In this document: piece by piece, positions 53,419 to 62,498 of the stretch
Position numbering within the stretch: position 1 is the first letter of the stretch
How the letters are laid out: each line of letters starts with the position of its first letter
Origin: a bacterium
GTDB taxonomy: Bacteria; Cyanobacteriota; Sericytochromatia; S15B-MN24; UBA4093
DNA: 64,000 nucleotides
Assembly (NCBI GenBank): GCA_035285805.1
Contig: JAYKJE010000008.1
Coordinates: 13,902-77,901, forward strand
Reading direction: 5' to 3'
Notes under the pieces: generated by a model
What the model saw: the letters and a program-made list of their open reading frames with translations, nothing else
The model's database searches: none
Told to the model about the DNA's origin: nothing
Made by a program: the position numbers and the translations under genes

Positions 53419-55797
53419 CTATCCTCCGTGAGGCCGAGACCTGTTCATCCTTGTACCCGACCTGGCTCCTCTGGACGCATCCTGTCGACTCGCCAGGTGC
53501 GGATCGATCTCCGGTCGGTCGGCCTCCACCTCCACGAGGCGAGCTTCCCCCTCGAGGAGCGAGGGGACGATCACCGGGCGAGAGGTGCCGTCGTCGGAGC
53601 GGAGCAAGAGCCGGTGCAGTCCGGGGGCCAGGTTCTCGAACGTCCAGTGGCGCCCCGTCGTGACCCTGCCCGGCCAGCGATCGTCCAGCCAGACCGACCA
53701 GGGGCCCGGACGGGTGGCGGAGTGGATCCGCAAGGTGATGCTCGCGGCCCCGGGGCGGGGAGGCTGGAGCGCCATGAAGCACGCATAGGCCTGACGCCAG
53801 GCGTCCTCGTCGCTGGATACGGGCGGGAGCTGGGCCACGACGGAGGGGCAAGGCGGGTGGATCAGCACGAGGTCACTGGCCGCGCGGACCGGGATCGGTG
53901 CGGAGCGGGTGGAGTCGAGCGAGGCCGTTGCGAGTTCGCGTGCCAGACGGCGTGCCAGCGCCTCCCCTGCGACGCTACGGGGGTAGTGGCGCAGTTCGGG
54001 TTCCGGGGCGGCATGGTCGAGACGCAGGTAAGCACTCGTGGTGGCCTGGGTCGAGCTCCGGATGCGATCCAGGTCGGCCGGGGTCGAGTCGGGGCCGCGC
54101 GTCAGGGCAACCTCGGCGCCTGCTATCGTGAGGTACTGACATAGAATCTCAGCGACTCTGTGGCTTGTCAGGTGTGTGGTGCGGTGGTTCGCGTCGACGC
54201 TCTCCGGCCCGCCGGCCGGGTCGATGACGAACCGGGTATCCGGCGCGAAGTCCGAAGCTTCCGTCTCGAGACGGACGCGGATGAACGACGGGGTGGGGGG
54301 GATCCTCAACCGGACCGGAGCGATGCCCGGGCCATCGATGCGGAGCGCGCCCGGTGGTCGGGATCCCGGTGCGAAGGACCATGCACCGTTTCTGTCCGTC
54401 GATGCGGGAGCTGCTTCCGGGGCGTCGGCCGGGTAGACGCGCACTCCCGGTACGGGAGAACCACTGGCATCGCGAACCCAGCCGGCCGTGGCCCCCAGGG
54501 GACGGGACGGGGCGACCCAGGTCGCGTGCAGGGAGCCGAGCCGGACCGTCACCCTCGGGGCAGGTCCGGCCGGCATCACCCAGGTCCCGGCCCATCCCTC
54601 CCGGGTAGACGATTCGGCGTCGAAGGTCCAGGCATCGCGCGCCTCGAAACGCACCTTCTGAACGGGGTTGACGGGAAGGCCCAGCGAATCGAGAACCTTC
54701 ACCTCGATCGGCAGCGGTCCCCCGTGAGGTCGAGCCGTGAAGGGTGTCCGGACCTCGAGGCGGGCGGGGAGACGCGAGATACGCCAGTCAAACACGGCCG
54801 GAACGGCGGTCCGTCCCGCCAGGTTCCGGCCCGTCAGTTCCACCCGGTGCACCCCCGATGCCAGAGCCTTGCCCGGAAAGCCCTGGATCCTTCCCGTGGG
54901 CGGATCCACCTGAAGGGCCACCGGAGTCCCATCGACCGTCATCCGGACGGAGGCGACGTCGAGCGGGGCGCCCGTCGTCCTGGCCCGGGCTGTCAGCACC
55001 GGATTGCCCGGGGCGCTCCCGGCCGCCTCGCTCAGGCCATCGAATGCGGGGATACCTGGTTCCAGGTACGTCACGATTCCCCGGGCATACGCCAGGGCCT
55101 CCAGCTGGATCCCTTCCGGGGTCCGGAGTCGCACTTCCGTGAAGGGGTGCGTGAGGTAAGAGGCCTCGCCGAGCACGGCAGGGACCTGGCAATTCCGGAG
55201 CACGGCATAGAATCCCGGACTCAGCCGGTTCGTCGTCAGGCCCAGGGCTCCGGTGAGACTCGCGTGGATGGCGGCAGCCGCTTCCCGGGATGGCCCGGCA
55301 TCATCCAGCCGGTGATACGTCTCGGTCTGGCTGCGAGGGGCAGCCGGGTCCATGGTGGCGTTGTGATGGATGCTGACGAACAGGTCGGCCGAGGCGCGGT
55401 TGGCGACCATCGCCCGGGCCTCGAGGTCGGCCGCCAGGGAGGCCCCGGGAGGTGCGACACCTGTATCCCCCTCGCGCGTCAGCAGGACGCGCAGGCCCAC
55501 CTCTCGCAGACGTCTGGCCGTCTCGAGCGCGACGGCCAGGTTGACGTCTTTTTCCAGGAGTCCAGCGGGGCCCCGCGTTCCCGTCTCGCGGCCACCGTGG
55601 CCGGGGTCGAGCACGACGGTGAGCCCCGCGAGCGACGGCGTCGCAGGCGGCCACCCGGACAGGTCGGTCGTCGTGTATCCCCCGTCGTCGCGCCAGGGGA
55701 TCCCCGTGAAGGGAAGCGATTCCGCGCCACCACGGGAGGCGATCGCCTCTCCGACCAGCACGGTCAGGAGGGCGAACCATCCCCTGGCAGGTCGCAT
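53419..55797 (-). CDS. Secreted N-acetylmuramoyl-L-alanine amidase (Amidase_3) with beta-sandwich modules and a second, degenerate Amidase_3-like domain
   Basis: Signal peptide MRPARGWFALLTVLVGEAIA. Domain 1: VLDPGHGG, EKDVNLAVAL, LFVSIHHNA, VLGEASYL. Domain 2: VIDPAGGP, VALTRGPD, YLRLDHAA, VVAQLPPV. Confidence 0.8.
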   Translation of the reverse strand: MRPARGWFALLTVLVGEAIASRGGAESLPFTGIPWRDDGGYTTTDLSGWPPATPSLAGLTVVLDPGHGGRETGTRGPAGLLEKDVNLAVALETARRLREVGLRVLLTREGDTGVAPPGASLAADLEARAMVANRASADLFVSIHHNATMDPAAPRSQTETYHRLDDAGPSREAAAAIHASLTGALGLTTNRLSPGFYAVLRNCQVPAVLGEASYLTHPFTEVRLRTPEGIQLEALAYARGIVTYLEPGIPAFDGLSEAAGSAPGNPVLTARARTTGAPLDVASVRMTVDGTPVALQVDPPTGRIQGFPGKALASGVHRVELTGRNLAGRTAVPAVFDWRISRLPARLEVRTPFTARPHGGPLPIEVKVLDSLGLPVNPVQKVRFEARDAWTFDAESSTREGWAGTWVMPAGPAPRVTVRLGSLHATWVAPSRPLGATAGWVRDASGSPVPGVRVYPADAPEAAPASTDRNGAWSFAPGSRPPGALRIDGPGIAPVRLRIPPTPSFIRVRLETEASDFAPDTRFVIDPAGGPESVDANHRTTHLTSHRVAEILCQYLTIAGAEVALTRGPDSTPADLDRIRSSTQATTSAYLRLDHAAPEPELRHYPRSVAGEALARRLARELATASLDSTRSAPIPVRAASDLVLIHPPCPSVVAQLPPVSSDEDAWRQAYACFMALQPPRPGAASITLRIHSATRPGPWSVWLDDRWPGRVTTGRHWTFENLAPGLHRLLLRSDDGTSRPVIVPSLLEGEARLVEVEADRPEIDPHLASRQDASRGARSGTRMNRSRPHGG

Positions 55798-55801
55798 GGC
55801 G

Positions 55802-57001
55802 TCACCAGCGGCCGGGGTGAACCACCCCGTAGAAGCACTTCAGGTAGTGGGTCTCGGGGGCCGCCAGCAACACGGGGTGGTCGGGACCGGCTCCTCGCCA
55901 GTCGATCTGCTGGAGGCGGCGACCCGTATCGAGCGAGGCCTCGAGGATGAGGTTCCTGAAGGTGCCCTCGTCCAGGTGGTGTGAACACGACGCGCTGACC
56001 AGGATACCGCCGGGGGCGAGCATGCGGAGCGCGCGCAGGTTGATTTCCTTGTAACCGCGGACGGCACCGGGAATCGAGGCCTTCGACTTCGTGAAGGCGG
56101 GCGGATCCAGGATGATGAGGTCAAAGACCTCCCCCGCCTTCTCGGCCTCGCGCAGCCAGTCGAAGGCATTGGCGGCCACCCAGCTGCAGCGGTCTTCGAC
56201 CCCGTTGAGGCGGGCATTCTTCTCGCCGAGGGCGATCGCCGACTCCGAGATGTCGACGCTGACGACCTCCCGCGCGCCACCGACTGCCGCCGCGATGGAG
56301 AAGCCGCCCGAGTAGCTGAAGGTGTTCAGCACCCGCTTGTCGGCCGAGAGGCGCTGGACCTGCCACCGGTTGGGCCGCTGGTCCAGGAAGAACCCGGTCT
56401 TCTGTCCGCCGATCAGGTCGACGTGCAGGCGGTAATCACCTTCCCGGATGACGAGGTCGGGATCGGGTGCCTCTCCGGCCAGGACTCCCGCTCGCTGCTC
56501 GAGGCCCTCGAGCTCCCGGACCGGCACGTCGGAACGCTCGTAGATCCCGCGCGGCGAGAGCCGTTCGCGCAGCAGATCCACCCACATGTCCATCCGCTCG
56601 GCGACCCCGAGCGAGACGGCCTGGACGACCAGCCAGTCGGCATAGCGATCGACGACTAGGCCAGGCAGGCCGTCGGCCTCGGCGTGCACGAGTCGCATCG
56701 CATCGGTGTCGCGGACGGTACCCGCTCGCAGGGCGAGGGCCTCGTCGAGCCGCGAACCCCAGAAGGCCCGGTCGAGGAGCTGTCCCCGCTCACGGCTGAC
56801 GAGGCGGATGAGCAAGTTGCTGCGCGGATTGCACAGACCGATTCCCAGGTACTTGCCCCGTGCGTCACGCACCTCGACGAGGGCTCCGGCCGTCTCGGCT
56901 GCGGGCAACTCGGCCACCTCGCCGGCAAAGATCCAGGGATGGCCGGCCCGGACACGTTCGTCACGATGGCGCTTCAGCTGGACGACGGGATATTCGGCCA
57001 T
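55802..57001 (-). CDS. rlmI: 23S rRNA m5C methyltransferase RlmI-like (PUA + class I SAM MTase)
   Basis: ATG at 57001, 9 nt after GGAGGA. HPWIFAGEV, GLPGLVVDRY, QKTGFFLDQR, DLIILDPPAF. Confidence 0.85.
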   Translation of the reverse strand: MAEYPVVQLKRHRDERVRAGHPWIFAGEVAELPAAETAGALVEVRDARGKYLGIGLCNPRSNLLIRLVSRERGQLLDRAFWGSRLDEALALRAGTVRDTDAMRLVHAEADGLPGLVVDRYADWLVVQAVSLGVAERMDMWVDLLRERLSPRGIYERSDVPVRELEGLEQRAGVLAGEAPDPDLVIREGDYRLHVDLIGGQKTGFFLDQRPNRWQVQRLSADKRVLNTFSYSGGFSIAAAVGGAREVVSVDISESAIALGEKNARLNGVEDRCSWVAANAFDWLREAEKAGEVFDLIILDPPAFTKSKASIPGAVRGYKEINLRALRMLAPGGILVSASCSHHLDEGTFRNLILEASLDTGRRLQQIDWRGAGPDHPVLLAAPETHYLKCFYGVVHPGRW

Positions 57002-57006
57002 GGGGG

Positions 57007-58176
57007 TCATTCCTCCAGTCCGGCCATCACCAGACCGACGGGGAGTCGCGGCTGGATGCGCCAGGGGGGGGCGGGGGTCCGGTGGATCAGGTCGACGGGC
57101 CGAGGGGGTGCCACGAGCACGGCGTGCGTGAAGCGTTCCGAGCCGAGACCGACCCACACCTCGTGCAGGTCGTCGGCCTGAGCCGTGTCGGGATGGCCGA
57201 GGGCCTCGAGCGTCTCCGCCACCCCGTGAGCGCCCTCGGCGAGCCAAGCTCCGGGCCATTCCGCGCCCCCCACCCACAGCAGGTTACCGCTTCCGGGGGG
57301 GGCATACCGTGCCAGACTGGCGTCCAGCGAGGCCACGTCGGGTGCGTTCCCTTCCAGCTGGATCGGTTTCCAGCCCAGGTCTCGGGGCGGGCTCGAGATG
57401 GTCGGACGCAGCAGGAGGTGCGGGCATTCCACGCGGAGTGCGGGCTCTTCGAGGTCCGTGAACACGGCCGGCATCGTGAGGGGCGCGTCCGCGCCGTTCG
57501 CCTCCAGGTGCTGCACGAGCTCCCGGTATGCCTCCAGGCGTTCGGCCCCTGCCAGCACGAGCAACTCGTGTCCCGTCATCCGATCCTGGAGGGTCGCCAA
57601 AAGGTCGGAGTCGGTCAGGATCCACATGCGGTGTTCGATCCCGTCGGGGCTCGAGGCCACCATGTCCGGGTCGACTTCCAGGCTGGCCTCCAGCAGGGCC
57701 TCCGCGACATGCTGGTCATGATCGACGTAGCCGATCAGGGGCATGCCAGCATGGTGCTGAGCAGCCTTGAACTGTTGAAGATGCTCGCCCTGGCGCACCG
57801 GGTCGAGTGCGTCGACGCCGCGAAGGGAGGCTCCGGGGCCGACGTTCAGCCGAGCCACGAAGGCCCGATAGGGAGGGAGTTCTCCGGATTGCTGCTCGAT
57901 CAGGTAGATGGCGGCTCGCGGATCTCGCCACAACACCCCGTCACGTAGCCAGGCATGCCAGGTGTCGCCTGCTTTCAGAGCCCCGCGATCACCCGGTGTG
58001 ACCGTGGCGTCGGCAGGAAATTGCTCGAGGCGGATGGCATTCACGGGATCGCGCAGGTGGAACCGGACGGTGTCGGCCGGCGTGAGGCGATCGCGATCCC
58101 AGGCCAGCCGGGAGCCGAGGGATTCCCGAAAACGGGGGGCAAAGCGGTGGCCTCGAAGCGGATAAAGTGGGATCAT
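57007..58176 (-). CDS. DUF1015-family protein
   Basis: N-terminus MIPLYPLRGHRF and overall layout resemble DUF1015; 389 aa. Confidence 0.6.
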   Translation of the reverse strand: MIPLYPLRGHRFAPRFRESLGSRLAWDRDRLTPADTVRFHLRDPVNAIRLEQFPADATVTPGDRGALKAGDTWHAWLRDGVLWRDPRAAIYLIEQQSGELPPYRAFVARLNVGPGASLRGVDALDPVRQGEHLQQFKAAQHHAGMPLIGYVDHDQHVAEALLEASLEVDPDMVASSPDGIEHRMWILTDSDLLATLQDRMTGHELLVLAGAERLEAYRELVQHLEANGADAPLTMPAVFTDLEEPALRVECPHLLLRPTISSPPRDLGWKPIQLEGNAPDVASLDASLARYAPPGSGNLLWVGGAEWPGAWLAEGAHGVAETLEALGHPDTAQADDLHEVWVGLGSERFTHAVLVAPPRPVDLIHRTPAPPWRIQPRLPVGLVMAGLEE

Positions 58177-58238
58177 GAAGCATACCTACCACGCTGCCGG
58201 TGCCCCTGCAACCGAGCGCCCCGGAACCTGGAGCCGTC

Positions 58239-59375
58239 ATGAGTCGCACCGAACTTCCCCAAGATTCCCCCAGCTTCGAGGCCTTCGGGCTCCCGGCGTC
58301 CGTCCTGGTAGCGCTGGCTCGCCGGGGCATCCGGGTTCCCACGACCATCCAGACGTTGACCGTCCCGGCCGTCGGGCAGGGCCGGGACCTCGTCGTCCAG
58401 GCGGCCACGGGCAGTGGCAAGACCCTGGCGTTCGGTTTGCCTCTGCTGGTCCGGGAGCCCGTGGATGAGCGCATCCCGACGGTCCTCGTCACGGCCCCGA
58501 CGCGTGACCTGGCCCGCCAGATCCACGCGGAACTCGAGGCCAGTCGCGGGGAGTTGCCTCGTCGCCTGGTGCTGGCCTGCGGCGGGGAGGCGCTCGACCG
58601 GCAGGTCGAGGCCCTGCAGCGAGGCGCGCACTGGGTCATCGGGACTCCAGGTCGGCTCGTGGAGCTCGTCGAGGCCGGACATCTGTCGCTCAAGCAGGTC
58701 CGGCACTGGGTGCTCGACGAGGCGGACGAGCTCCTGCTGAAGGGCTACGAGGCCGAGCTCCTGAAACTCGTCGAGCGTTTGCCCGAGCGTCGTCAGACCC
58801 TGCTGTTCTCGGCGACCTTCCCCCCCACGGTCCAGCGGCTGGCGGACGAGGCGCTCCGGCGACCCCATCGCATCACGGTCTCGCAGGCCGAACGGATGCC
58901 CGCCACGCTCGTGCACCGCACCATCGAGGCACGGCCCGATCAGTGGCTTGAAACCCTCGTCGCCTGGCTGGAGCGGGAGCGGCCGTTTCTCACGCTCGTG
59001 TTCTGTCCGACCCGGAAGATGACCCAGGAGGTCTCGGAAGCACTCTTCCAGCGTGGTTTCGAGAACGAGGCTCTCAGCGGAGAACTGAGCTCGGCCAAGC
59101 GCAAGCGAATCCTGGATCGGTTCCGTACCGGCGACCTGCCGATGGTGGTGGCGACGGATCTCGCGGCACGGGGCCTCGACGTGCCGGGGCTCACGCATGT
59201 CGTGCACTGGGGCTTGCCGCGCGAGATCGAGACATACGTTCACCGCTCGGGTCGAACGGGGCGCGCGGGCCGAGAAGGGCAATCCATCGCCATCGTGTCG
59301 CCCCGGGACCGGCACCAGGTGGCCGAGTGGAGCGCAAAGATCCCGTTCGAGGCCGAACGGACCCGGCGCCGCTAG
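58239..59375 (+). CDS. DEAD-box ATP-dependent RNA helicase (core only)
   Basis: Q-motif region FEAFGL...PTTIQ, AATGSGKT, PTRDLARQ, VLDEADELL, SAT, VATDLAARGLD, HRSGRTGRAG. Confidence 0.9.
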   Translation: MSRTELPQDSPSFEAFGLPASVLVALARRGIRVPTTIQTLTVPAVGQGRDLVVQAATGSGKTLAFGLPLLVREPVDERIPTVLVTAPTRDLARQIHAELEASRGELPRRLVLACGGEALDRQVEALQRGAHWVIGTPGRLVELVEAGHLSLKQVRHWVLDEADELLLKGYEAELLKLVERLPERRQTLLFSATFPPTVQRLADEALRRPHRITVSQAERMPATLVHRTIEARPDQWLETLVAWLERERPFLTLVFCPTRKMTQEVSEALFQRGFENEALSGELSSAKRKRILDRFRTGDLPMVVATDLAARGLDVPGLTHVVHWGLPREIETYVHRSGRTGRAGREGQSIAIVSPRDRHQVAEWSAKIPFEAERTRRR

Positions 59376-59388
59376 TCTGGACCTGGGC

Positions 59389-60147
59389 TCACCCCTGCTG
59401 GGGCATGCCCAGGGCGCGCCGGATGGCCTGGTCGATCCGTTCGCGATCGATGGGCTTGATCAGGAAGTCCTTCGCGCCGGCCTGCATGGCTTCGATGATC
59501 CGGGTTTTGTCCGGTGACGCGCTGCACAGGATGATCTTGGCGCCCGGGTCGCGCCGCAAGAGCGTGCGGACGGCATCCGTACCCGAGAGGCCAGGCATGT
59601 TGAGATCCATCAGAACAAGGTCCGGCTTGAGCTCCGAGTAGGCCGTGATCGCTTCCAGTCCCGTGAGCGTCTCGCCACAGACCTTGTGCCCCGATTCCTC
59701 GATGAGGCGACGCAACTGCCGGACCGTGAAGGGGCTATCGTCGACGATCAGGACCCGGGCGATGAAGCTTGCCCCCCGGTCGTCGAAGGCTGACCTCTGC
59801 AGGGCTCGCAGCAATTTGCCCTCGTCCGGCAGTCGTTCGAGCGTGTAGGTGGCTCCGTTCGTGAGGGCCTGCTGGCGGACGGGGGCCTGCTGCGGGTCGT
59901 ACAGACCGATGATCACGGTGTCCGGATCCAGGAGATGGATCTCCCGGACCCCCTGTCCCTGGTCGTTCCCGACCACGTGCAAGTCGATGCACACGGCGTC
60001 GGGGCGAAGGTTCGAGAACAGGTCCCGGCCGCCCCAGGCGTCATCGGCCTCACCCACGATCACGTGGCGGCCACGCTCGAGGTGCGCGCGCAGGGCCTCT
60101 CGCCGGTACAGGTTGTCATCGATGAGAAGGATGCGCATGGAAGCCAA
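59389..60147 (-). CDS. Tandem-receiver (REC-REC) response regulator without output domain
   Basis: REC2 is canonical (VLIVDDS, LVLMDLNMPG, FLIKPI). REC1 has DD and a CIDLHV Asp but lacks the conserved K-P region. Confidence 0.8.
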   Translation of the reverse strand: MASMRILLIDDNLYRREALRAHLERGRHVIVGEADDAWGGRDLFSNLRPDAVCIDLHVVGNDQGQGVREIHLLDPDTVIIGLYDPQQAPVRQQALTNGATYTLERLPDEGKLLRALQRSAFDDRGASFIARVLIVDDSPFTVRQLRRLIEESGHKVCGETLTGLEAITAYSELKPDLVLMDLNMPGLSGTDAVRTLLRRDPGAKIILCSASPDKTRIIEAMQAGAKDFLIKPIDRERIDQAIRRALGMPQQG

Positions 60148-60162
60148 TTCCAGTCACGGAAA

Positions 60163-60187
60163 GTCCGGGGAGAGAGCCTCCCCGGAC
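60163..60187 (-). terminator. Hairpin downstream of the FKBP gene pair (10-bp perfect stem, 5-nt loop)
   Basis: GTCCGGGGAG-agagc-CTCCCCGGAC; 44 nt beyond the stop of the 60231-60812 gene. Confidence 0.45.
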
Positions 60188-60230
60188 GACGTACCCCCCG
60201 GGCGACGGTTTCACACGCCGCGGCAGAGGG

Positions 60231-60812
60231 TCACTTCACCTCGAGCAGTTCGACGTCGAACACCAGCACGGAGTTCGGGGGGATCGATCCCACGCCCTGC
60301 GATCCGTAAGCGAGGTCTGCGGGGATACGGAGCTTGCGCTTTCCACCGACCTTCATGCCTGCAACGCCCTGGTCCCAGCCCTTGATGACCTGTCCCTGGC
60401 CGAGCGCGAACTCGAACGGAGTTCCGCGGTCGACCGAGCTGTCGAACTTCGTCCCATCCAGCGTCCAGCCCGTGTAGTGGACCGACACCAGGTTTCCGGC
60501 CCTGGCTTCCGCCCCCGTACCCACCTTGAGGTCTTCGAACTGGAGGCCGCCGGGAAGGGTCTGGGCTGCCTTGCCAAGCGTGAGAAAGTCCTGCGTCCCC
60601 GCGTCGCCGCTCGCTTCGGTCTGCGTGGTCCGATCGAGTGAGGTGTCATCGGTCGCCTGACCCGCCGTCATCCCACCCGAGAGCGAGGCACTGCCCTCCG
60701 GGGTGGTCATTTCAGGTGCAGGCGAGGCAGGAGCTTCCTTCTCGGACTCGGACTGGCAGCCCGAGACGATCAGCAGGGTTCCGAGGGCAAGTGCGGGCCA
60801 GAGGCGTGACAT
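60231..60812 (-). CDS. FKBP-type peptidyl-prolyl cis-trans isomerase lipoprotein
   Basis: Internal ATG at 60812. Lipobox LIVSGC. VHYTGWTLDGTKFDSS ... GQVIKGWDQG ... LVFDVELLEV. Confidence 0.88.
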   Translation of the reverse strand: MSRLWPALALGTLLIVSGCQSESEKEAPASPAPEMTTPEGSASLSGGMTAGQATDDTSLDRTTQTEASGDAGTQDFLTLGKAAQTLPGGLQFEDLKVGTGAEARAGNLVSVHYTGWTLDGTKFDSSVDRGTPFEFALGQGQVIKGWDQGVAGMKVGGKRKLRIPADLAYGSQGVGSIPPNSVLVFDVELLEVK

Positions 60813-60847
60813 GATGACTTGGTTATCCTTTCGCTTGGGTGGCCCGG

Positions 60848-61282
60848 TCACTTGACCGAGACGAGATCGATGACGAAGGTGAGGGTCGCACCAGGAGGGA
60901 TGACTCCCGGGACACCGCGATCGCCGTAGGCCGAACTCGCAGGAATCGTCAGGCGACGCCGGCCGCCGACTTTCATCCCTTTCAGGCCCTCTTCCCATCC
61001 GGGAATGACCTGGTTCCCACCGAGCTTGAACTGGAAGGTACGCCCCCGCTTGCGCGAGCTATCGAAGATGTCACCGTTGAAAAACATCCCGTCGTAATCG
61101 ACTTCCAGGGTCTGGCCGACCTCTGCGGCAGGCCCCGAGCCGACGACGAGGTCCTCGGCCTTCACGCCTGAGGGAAGGGTCGTTACCTGGTCACCCTCGG
61201 AGCGGACCTGAGATCCCGAGCAACCGGCCATTGCCATCGTCCCCGCGACCAGCGCGGCCGCAGCCATCCGGCGAAGCGTCAT
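60848..61282 (-). CDS. FKBP-type peptidyl-prolyl cis-trans isomerase lipoprotein (paralogue)
   Basis: ATG at 61282 after GGAGGG. Lipobox AMAGC. VDYDGMFFNGDIFDSS ... NQVIPGWEEG ... LTFVIDLVSV. Confidence 0.88.
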   Translation of the reverse strand: MTLRRMAAAALVAGTMAMAGCSGSQVRSEGDQVTTLPSGVKAEDLVVGSGPAAEVGQTLEVDYDGMFFNGDIFDSSRKRGRTFQFKLGGNQVIPGWEEGLKGMKVGGRRRLTIPASSAYGDRGVPGVIPPGATLTFVIDLVSVK

Positions 61283-61395
61283 CAATGCACCCTCCTGTTT
61301 CTCATTGCAAGCCGCTTCAGTATAATCCACCTCGGTGCGTGTCGCGAGGACGCACAAGTTCGTGTCTCCGTTCATCGGATCTGTGGAGGTTCCCC

Positions 61396-62496
61396 TTGAT
61401 CGTCCCGACGCACCGCGTCCACAACTTCAATGCGGGTCCGGCCGTCCTGCCACTCGAAGCTCTCGAGCGTGCGCGCAACGAATGGTTCGATTTCGCAGGC
61501 ACCGGCATGTCCGTCTTGGAGATGAGCCATCGCTCCAAGGAGTTTCTCGCCCTGCATGCCGAGGCACAGCGCTTGCTCCGGGAGTTGATGGAAATTCCCG
61601 AGAGTCACCACATCCTGTTTCTCCAGGGCGGGGCGAGCCTCCAGTTCGACATGGTGCCCCGAAACCTGCTCGGAGAAGGTGCTGGCGCCGATTACATCGT
61701 GACGGGTTCCTGGGCCGAGAAGGCCCTGGAAGAGGGCAAGCGGCACGGTGCAGCCCGGGAGATCTGGGCAGCACGTGAATCCAACTTCGATCATGTCCCT
61801 CAGCCCGGGGATGCCCTGTCCATCGATCCAGCCGCTCGGTACGTTCACCTCACGAGCAACAACACGATTCACGGCACGCAGTGGAAGCATTTTCCGGACA
61901 CCGGCGACGTGCCTCTCGTCGCCGACATGTCGAGCGACATCCTCAGTCGCCCGGTCGACGTCTCGCGCTTCGGACTCATCTATGCCGGCGCCCAGAAGAA
62001 CCTGGGCCCCTCGGGCCTGACGGTGGTGATCATCCGGGAGGATGTCCTGCAGAGCTGTGCCAAGAACCTCGGCCCCATGCTCGCTTACCGGAACCACGTC
62101 AAGAACGATTCGCTCTACAACACGCCTCCTACCTTTGCCATCTACATGCTGCGAAATGTCCTTCAGTGGGTGAAGGATCTCGGTGGCTTGCCGAGCATCA
62201 CGGCTCGCAACGAGCGCAAGGCCGAGTTGCTTTACGAGGTCATCGATGCCTTCCCCGAACTGTATCGTGGGCATGCTCGGGTAGACAGTCGGTCCACCAT
62301 GAACGTCACGTGGACGATGTCCGACGAGGCGCTCGAAAAGCGCTTCCTGGCTGCGGCTCAGGATCGGGACCTCATCGGTCTCAAGGGGCACCGTTCGGTC
62401 GGGGGATTCCGGGCGTCCGTCTACAATGCCATGCCGTTGATGGGGGTTCGGGCCCTCGTCGATCACATGCGCTCGTTCGCCGAGCGCAACGCCTGA
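61396..62496 (+). CDS. serC: Phosphoserine aminotransferase
   Basis: TTG start 6 nt after GGAGG. HNFNAGPAVLP, SHRSKEF, GAQKNLGPSG (PLP Lys), YNTPPTF, GHRSVGGFRASVYNA. Confidence 0.9.
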   Translation: MIVPTHRVHNFNAGPAVLPLEALERARNEWFDFAGTGMSVLEMSHRSKEFLALHAEAQRLLRELMEIPESHHILFLQGGASLQFDMVPRNLLGEGAGADYIVTGSWAEKALEEGKRHGAAREIWAARESNFDHVPQPGDALSIDPAARYVHLTSNNTIHGTQWKHFPDTGDVPLVADMSSDILSRPVDVSRFGLIYAGAQKNLGPSGLTVVIIREDVLQSCAKNLGPMLAYRNHVKNDSLYNTPPTFAIYMLRNVLQWVKDLGGLPSITARNERKAELLYEVIDAFPELYRGHARVDSRSTMNVTWTMSDEALEKRFLAAAQDRDLIGLKGHRSVGGFRASVYNAMPLMGVRALVDHMRSFAERNA

Positions 62497-62498
62497 CC

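Noticed and set aside
52338-53663. 441-aa plus-strand ORF
   Set aside because: Antisense to the PilZ gene, the 194-aa ORF and the amidase 3' end. H/R/P/G-rich and motif-free, while the minus-strand frames show proper third-position G/C bias and PilZ/amidase motifs.
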